Shown here: positions 41,101 to 53,127 of the stretch, one piece after another
How positions within the stretch are numbered: the first letter of the stretch is position 1
How the letters are laid out: every line of letters starts with the position of its first letter
Assembly (NCBI GenBank): GCA_030248215.1
Contig: JASANG010002067.1
Span: 186,001-250,000, forward strand
Reading direction: 5' to 3'
DNA: 64,000 nt
DNA from: Enoplolaimus lenunculus
Lineage: Eukaryota
Position numbers and translations under genes: made by a program
Notes under the pieces: model-generated
What the model was told of the DNA's origin: nothing
What the model saw: the letters and a program-made list of their open reading frames with translations, nothing else
Databases searched by the model: none

Positions 41101-44100
41101 TAAAACTTCCTGCTTACTCATCAGGTATTCTGGGTTAGACCCGGAGGCACCGCTTATAATTTGTCCCACTCGATGGTTCTAACGAAATGCCAGATTGATT
41201 AGCCAAGATGCCCTTGAAATGGGCTGTATTGGTTTGTTCGTTTAGTGATGACGATCACAGCACTGCAATAAGTAGTGACAGTGATGCCGATGAAGCTGTT
41301 GAAAACCGTAATGATCACACTGATTCGTCTACGATTAATGCGAGCGACACAGACATTCCCGATGACATAGTTAATTGTCGTATTTGCTCCCGTCGAGTTG
41401 ATCTAGAATCTCAGAGAAATCGCATTGCATGCAGCAACTGTGGTGATATGTTTCATTTGGCGTGCATTGGATACATAGCGGCAAAACAGAAATGTAGGTT
41501 TAGAGTCTGGATTCCAGAACCACTAGAATTATAATAATGAAGTGGAAAACCATTTTAGCAAATCGAAACGTATGTTGGGACTGTGGAGCAATTTGAAAAA
41601 TTTTGCTAAATAGTTGTCCGAATATAACAACGAGGTACAAATTTTAGCCATGTACACTTCTAGTTGTTCTTGAATTTTTGCCACCATTTTCGCTGCATCC
41701 GTTCATGCCTACGATATATTTTTAGCTCGCCGGTGCAAGCACAATTTCGCCTATGTGTTGTTATCTATAGTAACGGTAGTCACAAAAACTATGGTAAAAT
41801 TTCTACAATAGCGCATAGGTCGAAGCAGTAGTTTTTCTTTGAACGTTTGGGCTTTTAGACGACTGGATGTGTTCAAATTGTGATGACAGTTCACGAAGAC
41901 ATATAAAGCTAAAAAGGTTTGTTTGTTTGTTTGTTTGTTTGTTTGTTTGTTTGTTTGTTTGTTTGTTTGTTTGTTGTATTTTGTTAATTTACTATGAATT
42001 TAAAATCAATTGTCAGGATTTTAACATAGGATGTTGTAATGCGGTGTTTATGTCATGTTGCTCGTTTTACATTTCGTGTTGAGATAAAAGAACACCCTGT
42101 ATAGTAAAGAAGTCCCGGGGGCAGGATGTTATCCGGTACCGGGGCCAGCAAAATGCACTAAACTTGTATGAACTTTGCGTAAGCATGTACCTGGGTGTTC
42201 GGTACCGTTTTTGCCACATCAAATGCCTTTCTTTGCCATGTCGCGTTGCGCGACATTTTTCCTACGCCAGTGTAATAAACTTACGGTGTTGCGTTCAAAT
42301 CCTGGCTAAATTGTACCACAGGAAATTGCATTTCTGGTGCCGTCCGTGGTACCGTATAGCCAGTGCCCCGGCACTGTTTGGTGCCCGGCCCCGAGACATC
42401 TCTACTGTATGGTATTTGCAAAACATTAGCAGTAAGCGCTGATAGAAAACAGCTCAGTTATTAGGCATTCGCGAACACCTTAAATGATATTATTTGAACA
42501 AACTCCCTGCGCTAAGAAGCTGCTACAGTCGCGAGCATTTTTAGTAGAACAGTTGAAAGACAGATAATGTTAACTTAAAACTTTTATGTGTCTTGCTATT
42601 TCTCACTGCAATTTATTGTTTAGATCTTACAATGAAGTTTCACATTCCAATGGTATCATCAAAGATGTCAAGATTGATTCTTGTTCTAACACTTCTCAAC
42701 GTTAGTTTGTATACTTTGCGTTTAATTTTTAAGGGAAATATGCGACGTTGCAGAGGCTTTCTCGTTATTCTTTAATTTACGCTGTAGTTTTGCGTTGTTT
42801 ATAGCTCGACATTTAATTTTAATAGCACAATATTTAATTCTCATTTAATTGTTCGGTTTATGGAAAGGTTTTGATCGTGCACTTAAGCGGTCTGCAACGT
42901 GGCAAATAATATTGTGTAAAGTTGGCAATATACTTTTTGACTATTATAATGTAGTACGGCAACGAACGTGAGTTAACCTATATGGTGCCGTTTATTTGTA
43001 AACAAACATTTCTTGACCTGTGGTGCCGTTGCCAGGGATGTATATTCAAATTGTTCACTTAAACCACGCTGTTTTTGTTCTAGACGATGTTGAACTGGAA
43101 GCTAATCGATTAGCTCTTTGCCGTCAATTACTGGAGGCACTTCGTTATCACCCAGAGGCTTGGCCGTTTTTGAAGCCAGTTAATCGCAAACAGGTAAATC
43201 TAAATCGGTTTTTTGGTTGAACAGATCGCAGTTACGGAGCAACACAAGTTATTAATTTCCACCACGGTGCAACCGGAATTACAATTTACCGGAACCGGAA
43301 TGTGAAAAAAATTACTGAAAACGGAACCGGAAAATGAAAAATACATACCACCAAAAATTTATTTTTTCTTTTCAACAGTATTGGAGAAATAACTCTAGTT
43401 GGAGATAGGTATTCACTCTATCTGCTGTAGTTCGGATTTTCATAATCCACGGAATCGAAATCTACCTTCCATGGTTTATTTTCGGCGATTGTCATGGTTT
43501 ACATACTATACTAATGAAATCTATTTAATATTTATCCACATTGTTTGTAAAATATCTCAATTTCCACTAGGGATGTGCCGATTAATCGGCATCGGTAATA
43601 ATCAGCAATTTTCGTGAGCATCGGCATCGGCACAGCAAAAAGATGCCGATTCTTTTCCGATACTTTATGCACATAACAGTCAGTTTGAATGCTATCAATT
43701 TCATATTTGGGCGCATATCAGTGTATCCGGTCAGGAAAACAGATATCTTTCTTGCGTTTGTGCTTGAAAAAATTAATTGAAATGAACCGTTCGTCTAAAA
43801 TTATAATCGCTTATGGTAGTATCCTATCTGTTTATTGAGCATGGTGTACTAAAGTTGGAAACGGAATCGGTGTCGGCATATCCCTAATTTCCACCGACCA
43901 AAATTTAATACCTGAATTTTCAATTCCGGTAAAAGTTTACCGGAGCCTGAAGGTGAACAATACCGGAACTGGAATTCCAGTTGCACCTTCCACGGAGTAA
44001 AATTCTGTTGCAGTATTGCAATGTTTACAAATAAGCCAACATTTGGCGTCTAATAGGTTTAATCGAACATACTACGCATTTAAATTTCAATATTATCGCG

Positions 44101-45931
44101 CTACGTAGTACATCTAGTGTTCAAATAGGGAAATGGATTATATTGGAATCGAACAGCAAATTTATACCGGAATCGGAATCGCAACTACAAATTTTGCGAC
44201 TATACGGATAATTTGTACTATTAACAAGTAATATTGATTTGGGCGTCTGTGGGCTGGCAACAATTCTCAAAAACGCATAAAGAAATTGGCTATCATTTTT
44301 TGGTTCTCTAAAGCTATTCCGGTAAAAGTTTACCGGAACCTGAAGGTGAACAATACCGGAACTGGAATTCCGGTTGCACCATCCACGGAGTAAAATTCTG
44401 TTGCAGTATTGCAATGTTTACAAATAAGGCAACATTTTGCGTCTAATAGGTTTAATCGAACATACTACGCATTTAAATTTCACTATTATCGCGCTACGTA
44501 GTACATCTAGTGTTGAAATAGGGAAATGGATTATATTGGAATCGAACAGCAAATTTATACCGGAATCGAAATCGCAACTACAAATTTTGCGACTATACGG
44601 ATGATTTGTATTATTAACAAGTAATATTGATTTGGGGCGTCTGTGGGCTGGCAACAATTCTGAAAAACGCACAAAGAAATTAGCAATCACTTTTGGGTTC
44701 TGTAAAGCTAAACTACAATCGATTGTAGATAAGTTAACTCATCGAAAACAATTTAATAGTTAAATGATATAATTTTTATGCAACATATCACAACAAGTAG
44801 GCTTAAAATGTGAATGTCAAAATACCGGTTCCGATTGATTATGCAATAGGAACGAAATCGAAACTCGTTTTGTATCGGAATTATAATCGAAATCGGAACT
44901 CCGGTGGCATCCTGAGCATGTATTAAAACTTAATACAAATCGGAAAATTAGACAATCTTTGCTATTATAAATAGCTTTTCAGTTGTTTTACATACTGCAG
45001 AATTATTATTTTTAGGTTCCTGATTATTACGAAATTGTCCAAAATCCAATGGATTTTGGCACAATGGACAGACGTCTAACACGGGGCGAATATGCTTGCT
45101 TCGATGAGTTTATCGCTGAAGCCAAACAAGTTTTCATTAATTGCCGGATTTATAACAAACCAGGAAGCGAGATATATGAGGTTTGTTTTCGGTTTATAGC
45201 TTTGCTTGTGTCGTTTCGCGTTATCTCATGAGCAGAGTTATTTAAAATGCAAGTTAATGTGCCAGATGATTATAATTATGTTTTGTAAACAGATGCAATT
45301 GATTTTTGTAGCACAGATAAAATTCTTTACCGGAACAACCCTAGCGTGATTGACACGGATTGTAACAGCTGGCTTGTTATTTTGATTTTACAATAAGTTG
45401 GCAGTGTCAGAGTGTAGCCGGATATATCATTATGGTTAAGATCGATGTCCGTTTCGTTTACAATAAGTTGTATCAGCAATTCTTTGAAAATTTAGAGTGT
45501 CTGGTGAATATTTGCATACCTGAATTGATTTGGCAGAAAAATAAAACACCTTTGAAACTTTTATACTTCACTATCCGTATTCCGTTTCTGTTATTTTGAT
45601 CACTGTCCGTTTTCCTTATTTCCACTATCCGTTTGCACAATGCCTTGTGCGAATAAGGCAAATGCAGAATAATGCGTACACGGACTCAAACTGGGGTAAA
45701 AACAGGATTAGCATAACAGTTATTTAAAAAATGCTACGCAGCAACTACGGTTTGTATTACGCTTCAGGCTTTTCAAGTGTTGCAACTACAGCAGTATTTT
45801 TCTTTTTTATTTAGATTGGTGCTGAGTTGGAAAAGTTTATGAACGATAAAATTGTAGAACTTGGTCTTCACTTACCCGGTGCGGAAATGGGACAGCGTAA
45901 AAGAAAGCGTATAGTGATACTAGACGATTGA
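17199..45931 (+). CDS. BAZ1A: BAZ1A/ACF1 ISWI-complex subunit (WAC, DDT, WHIM/WSD, two PHD fingers, bromodomain), about 1723 aa
   Basis: Exons 17199-17311, 18916-18997, 19286-19479, 20096-20311, 21096-21272, 21601-21688, 25249-25384, 25851-25961, 26183-26289, 27755-27871, 28320-28467, 28733-28843, 30402-30515, 31123-31255, 31452-31543, 32123-32357, 32775-33492, 34195-34721, 35577-35826, 36696-36855, 37807-37913, 39916-40083, 40270-40562, 41246-41493, 41859-41916, 42624-42700, 43084-43193, 45016-45180, 45815-45931 (5172 nt, phases consistent). Motifs: MPMLKRQ..EIFRDYEEYYER..LVWSCSLTGKTGLTFEEA (WAC), REDLECDD, LGKDRAYRRYW, LNRRGVRE, two C4HC3 PHD fingers, AWPFLKPV..VPDYYEIVQNPMDF..NCRIYN. Confidence 0.95.
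20603..20976. mobile_element. hAT-type MITE in a BAZ1A intron
   Basis: caggatgcaaccggaa / ttccgattgcatcctg. Inverse copy of the 39347-39753 family. Confidence 0.75.
22655..22720. repeat. Compound (TTG)n/(TTA)n microsatellite
   Basis: Read directly; accounts for the poly-Asn and poly-Leu ORFs here. Confidence 0.85.
24931..25302 (+). repeat. About 200-bp tandem duplication spanning the BAZ1A exon 7 acceptor
   Basis: Copies at 24931-25100 and 25132-25302. Confidence 0.85.
26559..26720. mobile_element. TAGAGATG-terminus (hAT-like) MITE fragment
   Basis: The terminus tagagatgtctcggg recurs inverted at about 42385-42403 and similarly at about 53651. Confidence 0.5.
29040..30369. mobile_element. 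Compound DINE/HINE-like Helentron derivatives with about 175-bp internal repeats
   Basis: Same repeat unit and terminal structures as 37923-39239, present in both orientations. Confidence 0.75.
37923..39239 (+). mobile_element. Full DINE-1/HINE-like non-autonomous Helentron
   Basis: 5' subTIR ttattgagcgtagc, (GTCC)n microsatellite, core aaccgattttgat, about 6 tandem copies of a roughly 175-bp unit, 3' subTIR gcttcgctcaataa, stem-loop gtagt-ccc-actac, then a T-run. Confidence 0.8.
39347..39753. mobile_element. hAT-type MITE with 8-bp TSD
   Basis: TIRs cagagtgcaaccggaat / attccggttgcatactg; flanks attttacg / attttaag. Confidence 0.8.
41917..41972 (+). repeat. (GTTT)n microsatellite starting at a splice donor
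   Basis: AAAAG|gtttgtttgttt... immediately after BAZ1A exon 25. Confidence 0.9.
43568..43886. mobile_element. hAT MITE nested inside another hAT MITE (about 43264-43990)
   Basis: TIR tagggatgtgccga / tcggcatatcccta with a perfect 8-bp TSD ATTTCCAC. Confidence 0.85.
43923..44710. repeat. 393-bp tandem duplication
   Basis: Near-identical units begin at 43923 and 44316. Confidence 0.9.
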
Positions 45932-46426
45932 GATTATCGATTTATGTTTTGTCAAGGATAGCTTGTTTAAAGACTGAAGTAATATGTGTTTTTGACTCCG
46001 GTCCATGCAAAGATGAGGGGCGGAACGTTTATATTTACTGCTGTTTCGGCCCTGTTCTAGACATTGGCTCCCAAATGCGCAATCTTCATGAAAGATTATG
46101 GTTCTCGTGTTAATTATGTTTTTGGAAGCATATGTTTTGCGCCCAGTTTTAAGAAAATGCGCACCGCGACTTATTTAAAAATTATTTTGTTTTTAGTGCA
46201 TGTTTCTACGATTAGTTATACTTGTCTGTTGTATGATTTATAGCTAAACATCAAAAAATATACAAATACGTACCTATTTTAGTGTCAGCTTCTTTTTTAT
46301 ATATCAGCAGATGTGATAAATCCTAAAATGTTGTAGGTATTTTTAATCAAGAGGTGTTAATTAAATAGCTAATTTTCATTGAAGACGAACTCTATAGTGT
46401 TGTAGACGGGTCACAAATGGTAAAAG

Positions 46427-49400
46427 TTAGAAAACCCTTCGGATATTTGCTTGCCTCAGTCGGCAGACAACATTAAAGTTAATACTTTTCGTTCTTTTTA
46501 CTATCCGTTTACACCCTGTTGTACAGTTTGGAGGATGTCTTATTTTTCTTAGGCGCATATTATTCGTGCGGCTAAGAATTGAAAAAAATGCAAATGAGCC
46601 GGATATCCGTTCCCAATGAAGATCCGCGATGCGTTTACAGAAATCACGGCTCATGTTACTTTAAGGGACGTCCAGATTTCGATTACACTTTTGCTTAAGC
46701 TTAAGCTTAGGAACTCATGTTTGCAACGCTACTGTTACGCCCCTTAAAGTAACATTGGCCGAAATCACGGTCCCAGTTAGATTGACACACTGTAAATTTC
46801 AGTGAGTTGATTTTACCAGAGCTATTCTAGAGGGTTTTTTGGGTGGTTTAGTAAAATTTTTTAAAGAGCTAACAAACAACAATGCATTTTTGAGTAATCA
46901 GCGGTGCAACCAGGCATTGCTAGCGTATGAGGAAGGCTTCCAATATCGGAATGCAACAGGAATTCCGGTTTCAGCAATTTTTTTACTATCCGGTTCCGGT
47001 TAATTTTTTTTGTCGGAATTAAAAATTCCGGAATTAAATTTGGATCGGTGGAAATTAAGATATTTTGCTAAACATGACGATAAGAACTAAGTAGATTGCT
47101 AGATTTCATTCGTATAGTATACAAAACTTTGATAATCGTCGAAAATAAACCGTCGAAGCAGGCTGCGCTTCCGTGCATTATGAACATCTAAAACAGCAGG
47201 TAAAGCAAATACCTATCTCCAACTACATCAGTAGTGTTGTAAAAAATAATGAATTTTTCGGTGGTATGTATTTTTCATTCCCGGTTCCATTTCCGGTAAT
47301 TTTTCCAAATTGCGGTTCCGGTAAATTATATATCGTTTGGCTTTCCGTTTCATTTCTCACAAAAAATCGGCAATGCTTTCTTCAGAATTGTGCCGAAAGA
47401 TAAAACGAAATGAGCCAAACAGATAAACTTTGTTTACACTATTCAAAATTTCACCGTCGAAACTCGTTTTTGCGTTTTTAGGTTTTCTATTCTCAATTTT
47501 CGTTTTTAAGCACTTGTATAACTTGTTGCCCTAAGGGAAGTACCAGGGTACAACCGGAGGGCTGCCTCCGGCTTCGGCTCTGGTTGAAAATCGGCCTCCG
47601 GCTCCGGTGGAATTTTTTGCCGGAGGTTCCGGCAATTTCGGTAGTAAAATTTTGCATAATTTTTCAAAATTTATCTTTAGCGTGTTTCGTTTTACTTCTG
47701 TCACGGTTTTCAGGAAAGAACTTCAGAAATTTCGAAGAAAATTAGCGTAAAACCAAACAGCTTAACAGCATATTGAAAATATTGGCTAAAATAGATTAAT
47801 TATCCTATTGGCTTCCGGCTTTTTTACCTCCGATTGCACCCTTTGAAGTACTCATAGACTCACAAGCTGATTGAAAGCGTAAAACATATAATTCTAAAAA
47901 TATATATTATGCAAATTCTTCAATAGTGCTAGTCAGGGTGCAACATGAATTCCGATTTTGGTAGGGAAATCTGGTATTTCTCACTATCCGGTTCCGGCAG
48001 AAATCCGGTATTTTTTCGCCGGAATTTTACGGTATTTTCGGTATTGAAAATTTTTCTCATTCCGAAATTAAGAAAAATTGGTCCATTATTCTGACTTATT
48101 TTTCTAAAATTGTCTGAACGCGTATTGCCAAAATTTTCAATTTATGCCATAATCCATAATTTATCACGTTTCCACGTGCTGCATTTGTTTCACGATTTTG
48201 GCATTCTAAACTGTTTTACAGCAGTGTTTTTATTTTACGGTTGCGGTATTTTTGTATACCTTTTCGGTTTCGGTATTATATAATTCCGGTTGCACCCTGA
48301 TGCTAGGTATTCGGTTTATAGAAGATTGCTTCGGACTAATAAATACTTGCGTTTGCCACCTGATTTGAGTTGATTTGGTTTGTCTCTGTCTGGTTTAAAC
48401 CATTGTGACACAAATTCTATCAAATGTCATCCCTCAAACTATATATACAAAAGTCGTTTTAATACGTTCCAAAAAGGAAGGACCACATTAAAATATACTT
48501 ACGCTATCATACAAACATCAGTCACCAGTTTTAGTGGTGCCTCGCGTTCAGCTGCGGATCTAGAAATCTGTGACAAGACGATTTTTTCACCTAAAAATTT
48601 TCTAACAGGCGAAATTTGTCTTGTATTCAATATCCTACATGAACTATAAAAACTTTTCTGGCGGTATATAACTATAATTAGGAAAAGACCAAAGTCAAAC
48701 AGCTTTAGTGTTCCGACGAGGTTGGAATACAAAATTTCTTTTGGTCAGCTCTTACTACTATTGTGGTGAAACATTGCAAATTATTCCAAAACATTTTACA
48801 CTATAGCATTTCGGATATCCGGATACCAATTATGCAAAATTTTACTGCCGAAATTGCCGGAACCTCCGGCAAAAATTCTACCGAAGCCGGAGGCCGATTT
48901 TCAACTAAAGCGAAGCCGGAGGCAGACCTCCGGTTGTACCCTGATACCAGGATATCCGTCGGATATTCGAAATGCGAAAGCAATTTTTAAAATATGCATT
49001 GTTTCACCATTATGAATCCCATTCCTGCATAATTCCATGATTTAAAATTTTGATTTCTTAAAACATGCCAAAATTAAAAACTTCAGCTTTAATCGCTTGA
49101 TATTTATATCAGAATAAATACTTTCGTGTTTTAAATTCAAAATCAGACCAGTGAAAAATTTACTCGAATACGCACCGTTAAGTACTAAATTTATTGCCTT
49201 TGCAAGAAACAAAATCTATACTTAATTGCGTCGCGAGATTATACATCTGGGCGTAATTTTATATTCTGATCGCTCTTGATTTATTAATCTCCGGCTACAA
49301 CTCTTCTGATCGCTCTGATTTAATGTCCGGCTCCGGCGCTTCTGATCGCTCTTGATCTGTTTCATGGGAAATTCAAATGTGCCCTACACAGATTGTCAGA

Positions 49401-51383
49401 TTTCAAATCTAGCCTTAGTTGGGCTTGGCGTCTTCAAGAGCGGTCAGAATTAAAAAAAATGACGCCCAGTATGTAAATCTCGCGACGCGACAAGTCATAC
49501 GTATATAATATATGAAAGTAGATTTTGTTTCCAGCAAAGGGTAATAAATTTAGTATTTTACGGTGCGTATTCGCTGCAAATTCTATTTTGAGGTAATTTA
49601 AAAATACGAAGTCATGATTGCGATAAATATTAAGCTAGACTGAAGTTTTTTAATTTTGGCATGTTTTAAGAAATCAAAATTATAAATCATCGAATTATGC
49701 AGGAATGGGATTCAATGGTGCAGCAATGCAAAGTATTCCAAAAATTTTTAGCATTTCAGATATCCAGCGGATATCCTGGTACCAAGGTACAACCGGAGGT
49801 CTGCCTCCGGCTTCGGCTCTGGTTGAAAATCGGCCTCCGGCTTCGGCTCTGGTTTATAATCGGCCTCCGGCTCCGGTGTAATTTTTTGCTGGAGGTTCCG
49901 GCAATTTCGGTAGTAAAATTTTGCATAGTTTTCCTAAATTTATCTGTTTAGCGTGTTTCGATTGACTTTTGTCATAAAATGAAAGAATTGCCGAAATTTG
50001 GCAGAAAATTAGCGTGAAACCAAACAACTTAACAACATTTTGCAGATATTGGCTAAAATTATTAACTAACCATCTTTTTTACTACTTAATTTCGCCTCAC
50101 CTCCGGCTCCGGAAAGTTTCTTAGACATCCGGCTCCGGTATTTTCACCTCCGGTTGCACCCTGCCTGGTATCCCGATATACGGTTCCCATCTATAGTCTC
50201 TGATAAATACTGAAATATACCAATTCTAAAATCGATTAAAAGTCGTTCGATTTAGTGCAGGTTCTACAGGTATTCTGCAATATTCTACTTAAAGCAAAAT
50301 GTCGTATGTGAAGAGATTTCGATGAATATTTTTTCTGTTTTTGACATATTGTTTTAAACAAGATTCAATCCCCACACCATGGCTCTTCGATTATAAAACG
50401 ATTACCGCAATTTATTATATTTTCTGACGTTTTTTCACTCTTCGCTGCAACGATTCGTCGAAGAAGAATCTCAAAGAGAATACTGTGACAACCCTTGTGT
50501 AACAGAGCATCCGTTTTCGATTTTGTGTCCGTTTGGTTATAAATATCCGGAAACTTTGATACTTTGTTATCTAATAATCACTCATTCATTCATCTTAATT
50601 TTGGTGTGGTCTTAATTTTGTTGGCGACACCTTAGACACCCGTGGTACCACGTGCCTGCCGTTTAAAAAACGGTGTCAAGATTATCAGGTTTTATATAAA
50701 ACATACACACAATTTGCATTGCCAAGTTTATAAAATGTCATCTGTTATTACATAATTGGAATACTTGCTTAATATGAACTTCGCAGTCTAACAATTGATT
50801 CTGTTGAATGCGAAGTTCTCCGTAACTGATAGGATAAAACTTGTAGCAAGTATTTATTTAGCTAGTGAGCAATTGGGCATATGAAAACGAATCAGCTGCA
50901 TTTTTAAAGAAATTGTTGTATATATGTCTATACCGAATTGACTAACAGATACCTAGTGTAACTCTGTTTACTTATTGCGTGGGGTAAAGTACACGAGAGT
51001 CACATTATGCAACAAAGTTAAAATACAACTGCCAGAACAACAATATAAATATCCACACTAGTTGATATATAATAGTCTGAATGTCGCTCGAAACCCAACA
51101 AAAATATAAGGTTGTCACTAACACCCATAAACCGCATTAAAGCTGTTGTTTTGTGTTTGAAACTAAAATATTTAATGCAAGAACGCGCTTGTTCTACCTT
51201 TGCTCGCAAAGTTTTCAAACTACTATGACCTCTGTTGAAATTGGTTGCACAACAGAAATGTGGCTCGTAACCGTACCGATTCAAAACCAACACTGATTGT
51301 CTTTCCGTTTTGGGTTCTGGAGATGCGCCCCTGTTTGACTCCCGTTGAATGATTCCCGCATTCCTACCCGTCGTTAAAGTCAT
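46427..51383 (-). CDS. Putative spliced orphan gene (hypothetical protein); model incomplete
   Basis: Two phase-compatible exon chains with canonical splice sites: 51383-51277 / 50825-50752 / 50570-50406, and 48559-48503 / 46571-46427 (stop). The link between the chains is unresolved and no domain is recognised. Confidence 0.35.
47544..47843. mobile_element. hAT-type MITE
   Basis: cagggtacaaccggagg / cctccgattgcaccctt; flanks ggaagtac / tgaagtac. Confidence 0.8.
47934..48299. mobile_element. hAT-type MITE
   Basis: cagggtgcaac / gttgcaccctg; flanks gtgctagt / atgctagg. Confidence 0.8.
48829..49930. repeat. Long imperfect inverted repeat (arms about 450-500 bp, spacer about 150 bp)
   Basis: 48829-49280 is the reverse complement of about 49434-49930. 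Confidence 0.8.
49783..50163. mobile_element. hAT-type MITE with 8-bp TSD
   Basis: caaggtacaaccggagg / cctccggttgcaccctg; flanks cctggtac / cctggtat. Confidence 0.8.
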
Positions 51384-51867
51384 CTGCGAAATTGAAAGTG
51401 AAAGATAGAGCAATTTATGTGACCACGTGTGCTCTTAGTTGCTACACAGCAAAGACAATCATTAATATTTAGCTCAACCATATTGTTTTTGTGGTAATTT
51501 GGTTTCGTAGTTGTGATCTCATGTGTACAGTAAGTGTATGTAAAGCAAACATTGCTATGTGTCAGTCAAGGTAGCCCGCCTCTCCAACTGCATTTTTCGT
51601 CGACTATATGTGTCGACTGTATGTTGCCAGCAAGCATACAACACAGTGTGCATTGCATTTATTGCATATGCACTAGGACAAGCAGATCTCACATGCTTAC
51701 ATGCCCTTATTTTCGACAAGGTCGTCCCTTGACCGTCCATCCTATTTCCGACTGAATACCGTGTCCATAGCGCGGCAGTTTACCATTGCGCTCATGGCGT
51801 AGCCCCCATGTCAGTCAAGGTTGGAACTGAGGGACAGCAGACCTTTCTACTAAGCAGCTGGAAACGC

Positions 51868-51939
51868 GGGCTATAGCGGGTATCGAACTCGGCCTATGGA
51901 TTCTTAAAGCGAGCACTCTACCACTGCGCCACGTAGCCC
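51868..51939 (-). pseudogene. tRNA pseudogene or tRNA-derived SINE head
   Basis: GGCTACGTGGCGCAGTGGTAGAGTG (A box) ... GAGTTCGATACCCG (B box) ... TATAGCC. The acceptor stem mostly pairs but the anticodon stem does not. Confidence 0.6.
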
Positions 51940-52200
51940 GCCTCTCCAACTGCATTTTTCGTCGACTATATGTGTCGACTGTATGCTGCCAGCAAGCATA
52001 CAACAAAATGTGCATTGCATTTATTGCATATGCACTAGGACAAGCATGTCTCACATGCTTACACTATGCATGTCCACATATACTGCAATTAGAAGCTGTT
52101 GCATGTGACCGTGTCATTACCGCAATAAGCAGTTGTTGTAAACAACTGTGATGCTTGTTAGGTCGCGTATTCGAACCTTAGCTGCTACTCGCATTGGAGC

Positions 52201-52901
52201 TAGGGATCGACCGCATCCGAGATCCGGATCCGGTAAAATAAACTACCGGATCTCCGGATCCAAAATGTGATATATATACAAACAAAAACATACCAAAATT
52301 GGTGTATGTATTTCAACTATGCGTACGTAATCTAATAAGCCCTGTGTGAGCATTAACCCCTTCTCACATTGAGTTGCCTGTAGGCAACGCAGCGCAGTGT
52401 ATATACGTTAAATAGTATGTATCGCACCATGGTTTAACAATTGCAACACGTATACGTAGTACTAAATCACCACAAGACGTGAGAGCCCCCTCAGGCTCGA
52501 GCGTCAAGCTCATATAGCTGAGTGGTGATGGTATACGCCTCCCGCTCCAGTCACTGGAGTTCGGATCCTAGCATAAAAGTAGGTCTCAGGGGAAATAGAA
52601 AATATACATGTGAGAAAGGGTTAATGATTTGTTGGAATGTCAGGTTAATGACATCCACGTGAAGACCAGTGTTGTTGCGGAAGAAGAACAATCATAAAAT
52701 TTTTTAAAGACTTCTTTTTTTAGTTGCTGTAAGTTTTGTTGACTAATTTTGCGAAACAATCAGTTGAACTTTTTGTATTTTATATACGTTAGGTATTGAA
52801 AAATTATCCAGTTAGTAAGATCCGGATCCGGGCAGGATCTGAATTTTAAGATCCGGATTCGGATCCGGTAAATGCAAAATTTTGGATCCGGTCGTTCCCT
52901 A
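52201..52901. mobile_element. hAT MITE with perfect 8-bp TSD
   Basis: tagggatcgaccg / cggtcgttcccta flanked by ATTGGAGC on both sides. Confidence 0.85.
52357..52620. mobile_element. piggyBac-type MITE nested in the hAT MITE
   Basis: TTAA|ccccttctcacat ... atgtgagaaaggg|TTAA. Confidence 0.8.
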
Positions 52902-52918
52902 ATTGGAGCTCGATTGTT

Positions 52919-53127
52919 AAAAAACTCATTTGTCCTACCCTCACTGATACATTACAAACGACGTGTGAGTAACTGTCATATGTTAGTCGTTCAATCTAAT
53001 CAACTATGAATACCACATATAAAAAGACTCATTTGTCCTACCCTCACTGATACATTACAAACGATGTGTGAGTAACTGTCATATGGTAGTCATTCAATCT
53101 AGTCAAGTTAGTATGAATACCACATAT
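52919..53127. repeat. About 103-bp tandem duplication just upstream of the ACAP start codon
   Basis: actcatttgtcctaccctcactgatacattacaaacga...tatgaataccacatat occurs twice. Confidence 0.85.

Noticed and set aside
51868..51939. Functional tRNA gene
   Set aside because: The anticodon stem does not pair, so no anticodon can be assigned.
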